Below are positions 23,790 through 37,413 of a stretch of DNA of 64,000 bases, in pieces. Position 1 is the first letter of the stretch. Every line of letters begins with the position of its first letter. A program made the position numbers and the translations under genes. Source of the stretch: Octopus sinensis (lineage: Eukaryota); NCBI RefSeq assembly GCF_006345805.1, contig NC_043011.1:23324464-23388463 (forward strand), written 5' to 3'. The notes under the pieces were generated by a model that saw only the letters and a list, made by a program, of their open reading frames with translations, did not search any database and was not told the origin of the DNA.

Positions 23790-24385
23790 TTGGTAAAAGC
23801 GTTAGAGTACCAGACAAAATGTCTTGTAGTGTTTGTCCCTGCTCTTTATATTCTAAATCCAAACCCCTCCGAATCCAACTTTGCTTTTCTTCCTTCTGAG
23901 ATCGATAAAAATTCAATGTGGTCAAGTTAATCGATTAAACTCTTCCCTGAAATATCTAGCTTTGTGTCAAAATGTGAAACTATAATTACATGGCAACGAG
24001 AAACGTTACAACGCCGGCCGAAATGCTTAGCAGTATTTCGTCTGCCGTTACGTTCTGAGTTCAAATTCCGCCGAGGTCGACTTTGCCTTTCATCCTTTCG
24101 GAGTCGATTAAATAAGTACCAGTTACGCACTGGGTTCGATATAATCGACTTAATCCGTTTGTCTGTCCTTGTTTGTTCTCTCTGTGTTTAGCCCTTAGTG
24201 GGTAGCAAAGAAATAGGTATTTCTTTCGACTTTGCGTTCTGATTTCAAAAGCTAGGGTCGACTTTGCCTTTCATCCCTTTCAAGTTCAATAAAATAAAGT
24301 GCCAGTTGAACGCTGGGGGTCGGTCAATGTAATCGACTTAACCTCTCCCTTAAAATTTCTGCCCTTGTGCCGAAACTCGAAACAA
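23790..24385 (+). mobile_element. SINE family A copies (old and young, composite)
   Basis: Young copy at 23992-24218 followed by a second core. Confidence 0.85.
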
Positions 24386-25351
24386 ATTTTATTTCGCAAC
24401 GGGAAGACTAAAAAACAAAATGAGTAAGAAAAATCCCAGACATTTTTGAACATTCAAACTGTAATGGCTGGAATTGTGTTAAGTTATACAAGCACGTGTA
24501 CGCCCTTCGTGTTACCGAATGCTTTGGTGGTGGAAGAGTGATTACTATTAAGTTCATTATCAAAACAGTTGTTGTTACTATTGATAATGTCCAAGTGGCG
24601 ACAGGGGTACTTTTAGTTTTTCTATATTACAGTGGCACACTTGACTTTGGCACATGTAGATGATCTTAACCTTTGTTTAGTGAGAAGTAGGTGGGGATTT
24701 GAAACATTATCAGATCGCTCTCTTTATTCATGTTTTCCTCTGCAAATTACAGCACCTATGCACGATTCCTTAAACGTGATAAACGTGATAAAGCTAAACG
24801 GAAGAACCGTGATTCTTTTGTGTGAGTGTGTGTGTGTGTGTGTGGTTATTAATATGATAATTTATTATAATTAGCTTCAATCGCATTCTAAACAAGATTG
24901 GTGTGAAACAGGAATGTCAGTGTACTAAAGGACTGTTTGAAGCATTGACGAGGAGAAATAAACATTGATTTCTATGAAAGACTTACATTCGAAAGTTTGT
25001 TATTTTACTGAGTTTAGCGAGTGGGATGTGGCCAATAATAGCCGAAATTCATTTGCCTGACAAATATGCAATGGCAGAAGTGACTTCCATTTTAGAATGC
25101 GTTGTAAAGGGATTGGTTGCGTAGCTAGCTGGGCGTAATGACTGGTCGAGACATAACCGGACATAACCGTCACAATCAACAATCGATATTTGATCGTGTA
25201 TATTAATAAAAATGAGTCGAACTCCAGACATTGTCGCCAGATGCGCAAATGCTACTGGGAAAATCATTCCGAAATTTCGCACCGTTAACAGTAGAAAGGG
25301 AGTTTATTTATTTATTTAGGTATTGTGGTCTACTTGCTTTTATACTTTTAT

Positions 25352-25556
25352 TTTTTTACTTGTTTCAGTCATTTCACTGCGGTCATGCTGGAGCACCGCC
25401 TTAAAAGGGTTTTAGTCAAAGAAATTGATCCTAGGACTTATTCTTTGTAGGCCAAGTACTTATTCCATTGGTGTCTTTTGCCGAAACGTTAAGTTACAGG
25501 AATATACACACACTAACATCGGTTGTCAAGTGAAGGCAAGAGAACAAACACAGACT
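25352..25556 (-). mobile_element. SINE family B 3' half
   Basis: tttacttgtttcagtcatttcactgcggtcatgctggagcaccgcc. Confidence 0.8.
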
Positions 25557-25571
25557 TAAACTCACATAAAT

Positions 25572-25603
<32 letters not shown>

Positions 25604-25762
25604 GCACAGACACACACACACGCACACACACACAATGACAGCATTAATAGTTTTTAACTCTTATTTCTAGCAATGTAGCTAGTGTGGCGCCCTCAGTCCC
25701 TATTAGTGACAGTTAAATTATTCCTTTTTGGTATTATATTGCGCCTCGCAGTTTATATAAGG

Positions 25763-25793
<31 letters not shown>

Positions 25794-26148
25794 TGTATGT
25801 ATGTATGTTATGTATGTATGTATATTTTACACATGCCTTACTTAAGGTCCGGGGAGTGTCATCGGCAAAAAAAAATTTAACTTTTTCCCTAGCGCGACCC
25901 CACGGCAATATCATATCTTCTCCACTATTTCAGTATTACGTGTTAAAAGTGAAACAAAACCATCTCTCTATTGTAATGCAGACACTTTCATTTTAAAAGT
26001 GAAACTATTAAAGTGAAAGTATTATAAAACAAGGACGAACCATTAACACTGGTCATCCATTTTGCTAGAAGATTCGCTATGGTCTTATATGCTACACCAC
26101 TGGTTTTCAATTCATATTAATCAAATTAATATTCATTTTTTCACCCTT

Positions 26149-26190
<42 letters not shown>

Positions 26191-26634
26191 TTAGCAATTC
26201 GTATAAAATTGCATTAATGACTTGAACTTGAATAAGTGGTTTCACATAAATGGGGATAAATTAAAAAGGTTTGTTGTTATTATTATTACTGTTTGACTAT
26301 TGTAATCACATTTGTTGGTTCCTCGTCAGGGAAACGTTATTGTGTTGCATTTGTTAAATAATTGTAAACCGTAACCCTCCCCCTTTTGGAGAAGGGGCTT
26401 TGGTTATTGTTTAAAAATTGAATTGTGTCCCTATTTGGGGAAATTGACAATATTTTCACCGTCTTTACGGAAGCATTTTTGTTAAAATGCCTTCGATAGA
26501 AGAAAGTCCAAAAATGAATTTCGCTGCATCCGTACACTTCTATACAAGAGGGAGGACAAGATCCAATTGATCGAAATTGCAAGAGACGGGCCTACAATTC
26601 CAGTCTGTTATATATTTTGAGTATTGTTATCACT

Positions 26635-26952
<318 letters not shown>

Positions 26953-27118
26953 ATACTAAGCAATAAGGGTTTAGCAACGAGTTGCCTTACCACATACCGA
27001 ATTTAGAAATAGCAGTCAAGGGTTATATAGCTAGAAGAAATAGCTATAACCCTTTGACTGCATTTCTAATTCGGTATGTGGTAAGGCAACTCGTTGCTAA
27101 ACCCTTATTGCTTAGTAT
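26953..27118. repeat. Near-perfect palindrome with ~78-bp arms, starting at the edge of a (TA)n tract
   Basis: atactaagcaataagggtttagcaacgagttgccttaccacataccgaa...ttcggtatgtggtaaggcaactcgttgctaaacccttattgcttagtat. Confidence 0.95.
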
Positions 27119-27239
27119 TACTTAAATTTTCCTCGAATGAGGCTTTTACATGCCGAAGACTACTTGGTGTAATTGATAATTTTTCCAAATTAATTAATTT
27201 CACCCTTCATTATTACGGATATATATATATATATATATA

Positions 27240-29258
27240 GTTAATCCAAACATGAAAACACAAAGAGAAAACACAACAACGCGAGGACGTAGAACAAATA
27301 TAGTATTATTGGACGCTCAGGAAGGAAGGGAAGAAGGAGGGTTTTACGTTTCGAGCGGAGCTCTTCGTCAGAAACATAGGAAAAGGAAAGATCCAGAGAA
27401 AGGAAGACGGAGGGAAAAAATCGCGAACGGTACACACGCGGTCACATTTTGAATGACCGGAAGGAAATAGCTGAAGAAAAGTTCTTTCAAAGACAGGAGA
27501 GTGCAAGAGGAGGTATGTGTGTGTAAGTGTGGATGTGTGCGTGCGCAAAGGTCTGCCTGTGCGTGTGTGTGTATGTGTGTATGTGGTCAATGATAACACG
27601 TGTCTGTGTGCGTGTGTGTATGTGTGTGTGGTTGTGGCTGTAAATCTATGTGTGTTGTAGGGCTTAGTATTGTTTAAGGTCAAGGAAGAAGGAATTAGGA
27701 GTGGCTCTTGTGTCTACCCATGATCAGTGGGAGGTACTGCTAGTTTGAAGTATGTGTGTGTGCGTGTATGTATATGTATTGTGTTTGTGTTTTGTTTGTA
27801 GTGTGTGTGTGTGTGTATGTGTGTATGTATGTGTGTGTTCGTGTGTGTATGCGTAGAGTTTGTGTGTGTGGGGAATAACTATGCTTTACTTTGTGTATGT
27901 GTGCGTGTATGCTTGTAGTGCGTATGTGTGTCCACATGTATGTATAATTGTGTGTGCGTATGTATAATTGTGTGTTGTGTGTATGGGATGTATGTGTGGG
28001 TTCATTTGTGTGTGTATGTATGTGCGTGCGTGTCGTATGTGCGTGTAGTTGTGTGTGCGTGTGTATGTGTGTGTAAGCATATGTGGGTGTATATACGTGT
28101 ATCCGTGGGGTTGAGTGTTGGGTGTGTGCATTCGTGTGCGTGCGTATGTGTGTGCATGTTTTTGTGTGCGTGTGTGTGTCTGTGTCTATATGTGTATGTG
28201 TGAGTGCGCGTGTAGGCATATATTGTGTGTATGTATATGTATAAGTGTGTATGAGAATTTGTGTATGCGTGTGTGGGGGGTGCGTAGGCGTAATGTGCGT
28301 GCGCTTGTGTGCGTGTGTGTGCTTACGTGCGTGTATGTGCGTGTGTATCTGTGCCCATGTGTGTATAATTGTGTGCGTATCTGTATGAGTATTGTTTGTT
28401 GGAGGTATATGTGGGAATCTGTGCTGGTGTGTGTGTGTATGTACGTGTGTATATGTGTGTGTGCGTGTATTATGTGCGTATGTATGTGCGTGTATGTGCG
28501 TGTGTGTGTATATGTGTGTGTTAGAACGTGGAGACGTGTGTCAGGTTGTGTGCGTGTGTGTGATCGTGGAGATGTGTGTCAGGTTGTGTTCATTTTATTG
28601 TGTGTACGCGCGTGTGCTTGAGTATGTGCGTGTATGTGGTTGTGTGTACGTTCATGTGTGTGTGTCTGTGTGTGCGTGGGGTTGGGTGGGATAGGTTTCT
28701 GTGCATTCCTGTGTGTGTACGTTTGTGTACGTGTGTGTACGTGTACGCGCATATGTGTGTGCGCTTGGGTGTATGTGGGTGTGTGTATATGTGTATGTAT
28801 GCGTGTGTGGAAGTATGTGTGCGTATATGTGCATGTATGTATGTTGTATGTGTGTGGTGTGTGGGAGGTATGTGTGTGTTCGTGGGTAAGTGAGTATGTG
28901 TGTGTATGTGTTCGTGTATAAAAACAATAATTTATAAAAACAATAAAATTAAAAACAATAAAAAACAAAATAATAAAACAATAAAAAATACGTAATTGCA
29001 CGTAAGGAAAGAAAATGAAAGAAAGAAAAGAGAAGAAAGAAGAAATAAAGTTGCTTGTTGCGGGAGAGCAGAAGTAGTCACTAAGAGGAGGGGGCTGTGT
29101 TAAGTCCGTGCGGGATATTAGTCCGTAAATTAAAAATAAATCGTTGTTCCAGGTGAAGCCTGGATTGTGGAGGTCCGTTGTGTGGGGCGAGACCAAACAC
29201 AGAGATATCACCGGGGGAATGGTTGGCCAAACGGAAGTGACGGGCAACGGGAGAGTTG
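27240..29258 (-). mobile_element. 5'-truncated Neptune-type PLE: GIY-YIG C-terminus, ~1.4-kb degenerate (CA)n 3' UTR and terminal HHR
   Basis: Manual translation of 29255-29083 gives SPVARHFRLANHSPGDISVFGL...RLHLEQRFIFNLRTNIPHGLNT. The 3' end abuts (TA)n at 27219-27239. Confidence 0.8.
27341..27375 (-). ncRNA. Minimal type I hammerhead ribozyme
   Basis: gttt-CTGACGA-a-gagc-tcc-gctc-GAAA-cg-TA-aaac, with palindromic ACGU in place of stem III. Confidence 0.8.
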
Positions 29259-29340
29259 GAACGTAGCCGAATATCCTACAAACTACAGAAGCATCTACCC
29301 TTAGGGTTTAGCCATATTCAAATGGCAAATATGCGTCACT

Positions 29341-29415
<75 letters not shown>

Positions 29416-29419
29416 GTAG

Positions 29420-29513
<94 letters not shown>

Positions 29514-29572
29514 GAGATAGATAGATATGATATAGATATATATGTATATAGATATATATGAATATATATATA

Positions 29573-29621
<49 letters not shown>

Positions 29622-29716
29622 TATGTATATAGATATATATGCATATAGATAGATATGTATATAGACAGATATATATATTATATATGAGAGAGAGAGAGAG
29701 CGAGAGATATGTATAT

Positions 29717-29784
<68 letters not shown>

Positions 29785-29883
29785 AGTATATAGATATATA
29801 TATATATATTATATATATATATATATGTATCTATCTATCTATCTATATATATATATTATATATATAATATATAATATATATAT

Positions 29884-31390
29884 ATTAATAAATAAAATAA
29901 AACATATGCATATATATAAACATATATGTACGTACCTACTTCTACATGTACATATACACGCATATATGAGTACCAAAGGGACGTCGAACACAATGAGAAA
30001 CGAGAACAGACACAAACCAAAGGAACTGGACATATATTTAAAAACAACAAAAAAATATAGAATACAGGACAATTAACACAAAGAAAAAACCCCTTCTTCA
30101 GTCGCTAAAGCTTTCATCTACTCTACGTTTCGAAGGATAAAAGCGAGACGTATCTTCGACAAGAAAACTTTCCTTCCTGCGAAAAGCAAATCAATTAAAA
30201 TTCTGAGATCTTTTCGCAGAGGGGTAAAAAATAGTAACAACAGGACAGTAACGACAGTGCAAATTGTAAACAGTAGAAGACAGGACAAGGAAAAACAAGA
30301 TAAGAAGGGCTGTTGACACCGAACGAGAAAAAGTATTACAAACGCAGAATTTTTTATGGACAACGAGGAGGAAAAAGAGTGACGTCCATTGCTTTGAAAG
30401 AGCCAGGCGAGAGAGACAGCAGCGGAAGTGACGTCGCGGGTGAACGACGGGAAGGCGGAAGTCACGTCGTGGGTGAACGACGGGGAAGGGGGGAGGAGGA
30501 GCAAGAGAAAGGGAGAGAAGAAGGGGAATGGCTGCGAGGAAACCAAGAAGAATGGGGAGGGGGAGAGAGAGAGTGAAGAATGAGAGAGGAAGAGACAAGT
30601 TAAGTAGAGGAAAAGGAGAACAAATAATGAAGGCTGAGAAAGGGATGGGACAGAAAGGTAAAGAGTGCGCGCGAGAGTTAATATCAAGAACAAAAACTTG
30701 ATATAAAAAACAATCTTAATTAAGGGGGTGCGTGCGTTTCATCATATAATATATTAATAAATAAAAAAAACATATGCCATATATTAAACATATATGTACG
30801 TACTACTTCTTCTACATGTACATATACACGCATATATGAGTACAGGACACCAAAAAGACGTCGAACACAATGAGAAACGAAAACAGACACAACCCAAAGG
30901 AACTGGACATATATTTAAAACAAACAAAAAAAAATATAGAATACAGGACAATTAACACAAGAAAACCCCTTCTTCAGTCGCTAAAGCTTTCATCTACTCT
31001 ACGTTTCGAAGGATAAAAGCGAGACGTATCTTCGACAAGAAAACCTTCCTTCCTGCGAAAAGCAAATCAATTAAAATTCTGAGATCTTTTCGCAGAGGGG
31101 TAAAAAATAGTAACAACAGGACATTAACGACAGTGCAAATTGTAAACAGTAGAAGACAGGACAAGGAAAAACAAGATAAGAAGGGCTGTTGACGCCGAAC
31201 GAAAAAAGTATTACAAACGCAGAATTTTTTATGGACAACGAGGAGGAAAAAGAGTGACGTCCATTGCTTTGAAAGAGTCAGGCGAGAGAGACAGCAGCGG
31301 AAGTGACGTCGCGGGTGAACGACGGGAAGGCGGAAGTCACGTCGTGGGGTGAACGACGGGAAGGGGGGAGGAGGAGCAAGAGAAAGGGAA
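29884..31390 (-). mobile_element. Partial tandem of a PLE-like non-coding terminal unit (29884-30515 and 30752-31390)
   Basis: Two near-identical ~630-bp blocks with a period of ~870 bp, each with a degenerate HHR-like ttc-TTGTCGA...GAAA-cg-TA-gag. Confidence 0.65.
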
Positions 31391-32488
31391 AGGTGTGTGG
31401 GTGTGTGTGTGTAAATGTAAAAAAATACAAACTAGGACAAGAACGTAAAACATTTAGGAGACGATACTAAAAACACGGACGGGACATTCGAAGCCTTCAA
31501 TCTTCAGTCAAGAACCGGATCATCCTCGCAATTTCGGCTGATTAATCTTGAGATTGCTCCGATCTGGTCAGCCCCAAAGGAAAATCTAAGCCAAGCGCAT
31601 TAGATTCATTATATATAGATATGAGCGACGTTGGGGCGACTGTACACAGCTACCAGCCCACAGTCGACGCTATGGCGACCAGAGCTCGCTCTGGGCAACA
31701 TTGGGGCGACTGTACACAGCTACCAGCCCACAGTCGACGATGGTTGTGTTGGGTTGGAAGAATTTCCATTATATATTGAGAACTATAGCGCGAAGGCAGC
31801 ATAAAAAAAACAACCCTTCCTCAATTGTTGACAGATTTACCTACTCCGCATTGCGAGCAGTGCAGCAAGATGCGTCTTCGTCAAAGCAATTGCTCCCCCA
31901 AAGCAAATTAAATAAAATTTGAGATACGTGGAACGTCAAAGCTGCTAACAAAAACAGGACAGTGAAAAAATTCGGTAAGGGCTGTTTAACCCTAACGAGG
32001 TGAAGTGGTGAACGCTGGAGAAAAATAGCTTTGTCAAGAGACAGACAAGAATGCGTGTAATAGTTATAAACTGAACGAGAAGAAAAAGAATTACATTTAG
32101 AAATAGAGATCTATAATTATTGAGGACAGAATTTGAGTTAGAAATAGAGAACTATAAATATTGTATTATGCATAAATGGTGGCTTACATTCGGGGCTTCA
32201 AATTTCTCTGTAAAATATAAGATAGTCGCAAAATCATCGCACATGTCACCATCGATTACAAATACCGGTGGAAGATATAAAAGTTCCAGAGAACATTCTT
32301 GTTCTTTCGTTTGTACAAGGATCGTATTATGTTTCGGCTTAGAATAAATTATAGATACAAATATAATGTATAGAAATATATAAAACCCAGAATAGAAAAT
32401 AAACGTCTTAGGCATACAAAATGAGATAACATGAGATATCAAGGTATTATAAACTTGAAACCTACTAGAATATCATAGATTATATATA

Positions 32489-35066
32489 TCAAGTCATCCA
32501 ATCAGTTCTGTTCAATTTTACCTTTTTGTTTTTAGATTTGAATGAAATTTAATGAAATTTAATAGTATTTTCAAATGTCTAATTCAATTAAAAATTATTT
32601 TTATGCATTTGTGAACGTTTAAACTAATTCAATAATAGAGGGTGTCCACAAAGTCTGCGTACATGGGGATTAACACATACTTTTAAAACAAACCAATTTT
32701 ATTTAATTATAATGTTAATAAATAATATTTTCAAAGTGATTTCCATCATTTTTCAATGCATAACTTGATGCGCCTTGCAAAATTCAGGTGAACTTGATTA
32801 AATAAGTCTGCATTGCCATCAATTTCAGCACACTGACTGGTAATGCGTTCTCTCATGTGTTCTAAATCTGTAATCTTTATTGTAATCTTTCTCTTTCAAC
32901 ATACCCCAGAAAAAGAAATCAAGGGGAGAAAGGTCTGGTGAACGAGGGGACTTTTCCATATGAGCCCTTCTTCCAATCCAGTGAGGAAAAGTGTCATTAA
33001 GCCAATCTCTAACAGTTGTGGCAAAATGGGTAGCGGCCCCATCATGCTGAAACCAATTCGGAAGGCCCTCGCCTAGGCGCTCAATTTGAGATATTAATTT
33101 GTCTCTCAATATGTTCACATAAGTCTCATCCGTTACATGTTCAATGAAGAAGGGTCCTAGAACATGAGCTTTCCACAAACCACACCACACCATCACCTTT
33201 TTGCTGCCTTGCTGTTTGGATGGATCCATCCAATGTGGATTACCTCGAGACCAGTATAGAAGATTCTGTCTGTTGACCTCGCCATTTACATAAAACGTAG
33301 CTTTGTCACTGAACAACAAAGTGTTTCGTAAAATTGATATTTTCATCCAATTTATCTGAAAACCATTCGCACGTCTACATTCGTCTATCAGTGTCGTCTT
33401 CATTTAAGTGAAGACTGTAGGTTGTATCGATGAAACTTTTCCTCAACCAGCATTTTGTGGATGGTTGGTTTTGGAACACCTAACACCGTGGATGTCCGAC
33501 GAAGTGATTTCTTTGGGCTAGCAGAAACTTTAGCCATGACAGCCTCTTTCGTTTCATCTGAAGTCTTTGGTCGCCCGGAACGGGGTTTATCCAAAACACT
33601 GCCTGTTTCTTTAAATTTCTTGATCAATTTCCCGACGGCTGTAAAAAAAATAGGTTACCTATAAGGGTGTCGAAGATTAAATTCTTCCGCAATTTTGCGA
33701 TAAGACCATTCCTCTCGTCCACTTAATAATACTAACTCGATTCTTTCTTCTTTAGACAGATCCATCATTCGATCTGGGATTCTTTCTTCTTTAGACAGAG
33801 CCACCATTCGATCATCTGTAGAAAAAATAACAAATAAATTTAGAAAAGTAAAGTATTTTTTTATTTAATTTAAACAAAAGTAAAAAAGGAAAATTATTAT
33901 TTCTTATATTTGTTTATGTTATGATATTATTCCATGTGATTTTATTATTTAAGATATTATTCCATGTACCCAGACTTCGTGGACACCCTAAAATTGCTTT
34001 GATTAAAACCCTTTCAACATGGAAGTATCCAAGGAGCATTTAAGGCACATATAATTCTTTATGAGTACAATAAAGGTAACTCTGCAGCCGAAGTGACTCG
34101 AAACTTTATGGAAAAGTGCATGAATGAAAGAACTTGCAGGAGATCGTTTGCAAAATTGAAGATGAAGACCGAATAGGATGTCCAGTTGAGTTTGATGATA
34201 AGCTCCTTGAGGCATTACTTGAAGAAAATCCGTCATTATCAGTTGAAGAATTGGCAATAAAGCTTACTTCAAACCATACAACAGTTCATCGTCATCTTCA
34301 ACAACGTGGAAAGATTCCTAAACTTGGAAAATAGGTGCCCCATGTATTGTCCGAAAGCAACCGCAAATCCCGAGTTGACATCTGCTCTTCTCTCCATTCT
34401 CGCAAACTTATTTCACTCTTTTTCGATAGACTTGTGACGAAAAATGGATTTTCTATCGAAATGTTAAACGTTGTAAACAGTGGCTTGAAAAAAGAGAAAA
34501 TGCTCAACCACAACCGAGAAGGGAACTTCATGGGAAAAAGGTTCTACTCTATCTGGTGCGATTGCAAAGGCGTAATTCACTTTATATTGTTACCACCTAA
34601 TGCAACAATCAATGCTCAAGTCTACTGTCAGCAATTAGAGCGTTTGAACCAAGCTTTGAAGGAAAAAAGAGCCGCTTTAGTGAGTCGAAAACGAGTGATG
34701 TTTCATCAGGACAATGTGCAACCCCACACTGCAAAGATCGAAGAGGTCGGTTTGGAAAAATTTCTTCATCCAACTTATTCTCCCGACCTTACTCCTTCGG
34801 GATACCATTTGTTTCATAGTTTACAGAATTATTAGGGGGACACAGCTTTCGCAAGCCAGGAGGAGGTCGAACCTGACATTTCAGAGTTCTTCGCTTTGAA
34901 ACCAAAAGAGTTTTACATTGATGGGATTAAAAAGCTTGTAAATAGATGGAAGTAAGTCATAGATAATCAGGGAAAGTACATTGGTGATTAACTTTCAATT
35001 AAATATAACATTTGATCACTTGGATTCTTTATCCAAAATTCGGACAGAACTTATGGGATGACCTGA
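32489..35066 (+). mobile_element. Mariner (DD34D) element, defective, with a nested insertion in its 5' UTR
   Basis: TIRs tcaagtcatccaatcagttctgttc and ggacagaacttatgggatgacctga. Transposase remnants at 34019-34990 read MEVSKEHLRHI, VPHVLSE, FHQDNVQPH and HPTYSPDLTPSGYHLFHSLQN. Confidence 0.88.
32638..33990 (-). mobile_element. Tc1/mariner rosa-type (DD40D/DD41D) transposon, defective
   Basis: TIRs agggtgtccacaaagtctgcgtacatgg and ccatgtacccagacttcgtggacaccct. ORFs 33400-33627 (ETGSVLDKPRSGRP) and 32825-33403 (FSDKATF, KVMVWCG, FQHDGA-40aa-D in SPDLSPLDFFFWG). Confidence 0.92.
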
Positions 35067-35251
35067 GATATATACACCGGCGAAAATATATTTAAGACCG
35101 ACGATAAAAGTTCTATTTCTTACAAAATATTTTGTTACTAACACCATACAAATTATTTATATCTTTTACACCTTATGCAAAATTTATTTCTCTTTCGAAT
35201 GATGCAAACAATTTTTATACAACTTGAAGAATTCTAATGTTAAATTAATAT

Positions 35252-35420
35252 ATATTTCTTTACTGCCCACAAGGGGCTAAACATAGAGGGGACAGACAAG
35301 GACAGACAAACGGATTAAGTCGATTACATCGACCCCAGTACGTAATTGGTACTTAATTTATCGACGCCGAAAGGATGAAAGGCAAAGTCGACCTCGGCGG
35401 AATTTGAACTCAGAACGTAA
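35252..35420 (-). mobile_element. SINE family A, 5'-truncated
   Basis: Family A core and tail. Confidence 0.88.
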
Positions 35421-35794
35421 TATAAACGTTTCAAATTTACCGGCAAAATTAGTTTAAGACCATGTAATATGTATGCAATTTTTTTGGCCAAAATGGGTGG
35501 TCACACAACGAGCCTAAATGCACCATATAAAGTTATAATTTAATGTTATTATACAATTTATTAATAATGGGAAAACAACGTAGCCTTAGTCCAGTCACGA
35601 GAGCAAAAATCATATATTACAGCAAAAAGTTTCCTTTTCGAACATCAGCAAGCAACTAAAGTGCAAGCGTGGAAGTTATACTCGGAGACTGGTCAATATA
35701 AAGATTGGCAAAGTACTAGTAACAGTGTGTATATTATATATATATAATGTATATAATACAAGTTTGATGGGGATAACCTGCAGTATATAGTACA

Positions 35795-36720
35795 ACATTT
35801 TTGTTTCTAACTCCTCTGTCAAAGCCTCCATTCCTTCCTCCAGTGTTATCCTCTTCTCTTGTATTTCTCTTAGAGGGCACACATCCTTCATGTGCCCTCT
35901 GCTCTTACATTTGTAACACACTGGAGGTCTCCCCTCCACCACGACTCTCAGTCGTGTCTCGTCGGGGAACACCAACTCCTCTGGGATGTTATACAAGTCT
36001 GGCATGGTTATGTGGACCGAAGCCTGCACCGCATAACCCCACCAGTTTATTTCTTTCGACTTTTCCACTTTAAGAATGTCAATGCTCTCTTTGCAGTTGT
36101 ATATTATTGCCGCTACTATTCTTTCGGTGTCTAGCTCCGGTGGGATTTTACTTATCCGTATTCTCACTGCTCTTTTTCCACAATAACTAGGAAGTAAAAC
36201 CCATTTTTCGGATTTCAATACTGTCGTGGCGTTCCTCTTCGCCTCGTCTTCATTTTCAAAACGAAGGTCTACCGTCGCGTATTTTCTACCTCTATTCTAG
36301 AAGGTAGTTCTTCCTTTAATTTCCTGTAGACATTTCTCAATTTCTTCCACCTCTGCTACTTCTATTCTCCTTGAAACCACATTCAACGTTCTGTATGTTA
36401 TGATTCTCTTCTCAGCTTCTTTCACTTCGTCTTCAGGTGGTGTAACCCTCAGACAATCACCTTCCTTCTTGAAGCTGTCGTAGTACTTCCTCAAATTTTC
36501 CTTCTCGACGACTATTTCTTCCAACTATAGTTCGCTCGCAGCCAGGCCTTTGCCTGCTGCTCCCGCATAAGTTTGGGCTTGCATACCCAACAAAAACTCC
36601 AACAATTCACCACGCCGCAACAACTTCCAACAACAAAATCAACAAAATCCAACTCACAACCACAATACAAAATAACCGCAATACAAAATAACCGATACAA
36701 ACACTTCCAATCGATGAATA
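35795..36720 (-). mobile_element. Non-LTR retrotransposon ORF1 (gag-like, CCHC knuckle) with one in-frame stop and no ORF2
   Basis: ORFs 36297-36524 and 35676-36218 share a frame, separated by TAG at 36297-36299. VVVEGRPPVCYKCKSRGHMKDVC. Homologous to 45050-45650. Confidence 0.75.
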
Positions 36721-37278
36721 AGTGACAGATTTTCAAGAGGATTACCACATTTAGATAAGAAATGAAATTCATTGAAAGGTTAACTTTAGTTAATCATGCA
36801 AATAATAGCCAATGGGAATATTCCACTCTCTACTATAAAAAAATAATTTAAGATTACAGGTTTGTGCATAAGTGTTCACTGGATCTAATGATCTAATTGG
36901 ACAGTATTTTCAAAAAGCTTTTATATTCTAAAGAATTATATTTTAAAGTTTAAGAAAATTATAAGACGCTAAATATTTATGCTTACAACATACTAAAATG
37001 TCTGTAGTTTTTTATATAGGGGTGAATAAATGAATTCTTGCGTCCCCTATATCTAATTTTAAAATTAGTAGTACACCCTATATAAATTTTCCTAAGTCCG
37101 GAGCGTTAAACTAATAAACCTGTTTGCTGTTTACACACCTGTCTTCGCCTTTTGTTCGTTTCTTTTGTAAATTCCAAATATATATGTATGTGTGTGTATG
37201 CATATATGTATATATATGTATATATATATATATATATATATAATGTATATATATATATATTATATATATATTATATAT

Positions 37279-37345
<67 letters not shown>

Positions 37346-37413
37346 ATTTCGGAGACAGGAATTGAAACAAATCGATCGTATATATATGTATGTATATATG
37401 TAAGTGTATGTGT

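Noticed and set aside
24630-25290. Possible exons or ORFs in unique sequence (25049-25282, 25000-25248, AG..GT segments near 24750)
   Set aside because: No recognisable protein motif, conflicting strands and frames, and splice signals not distinguishable from background.
31631-31739. 39-bp repeat / 31-bp spacer resembling a CRISPR unit
   Set aside because: Only two repeats, no cas genes and a eukaryotic context.
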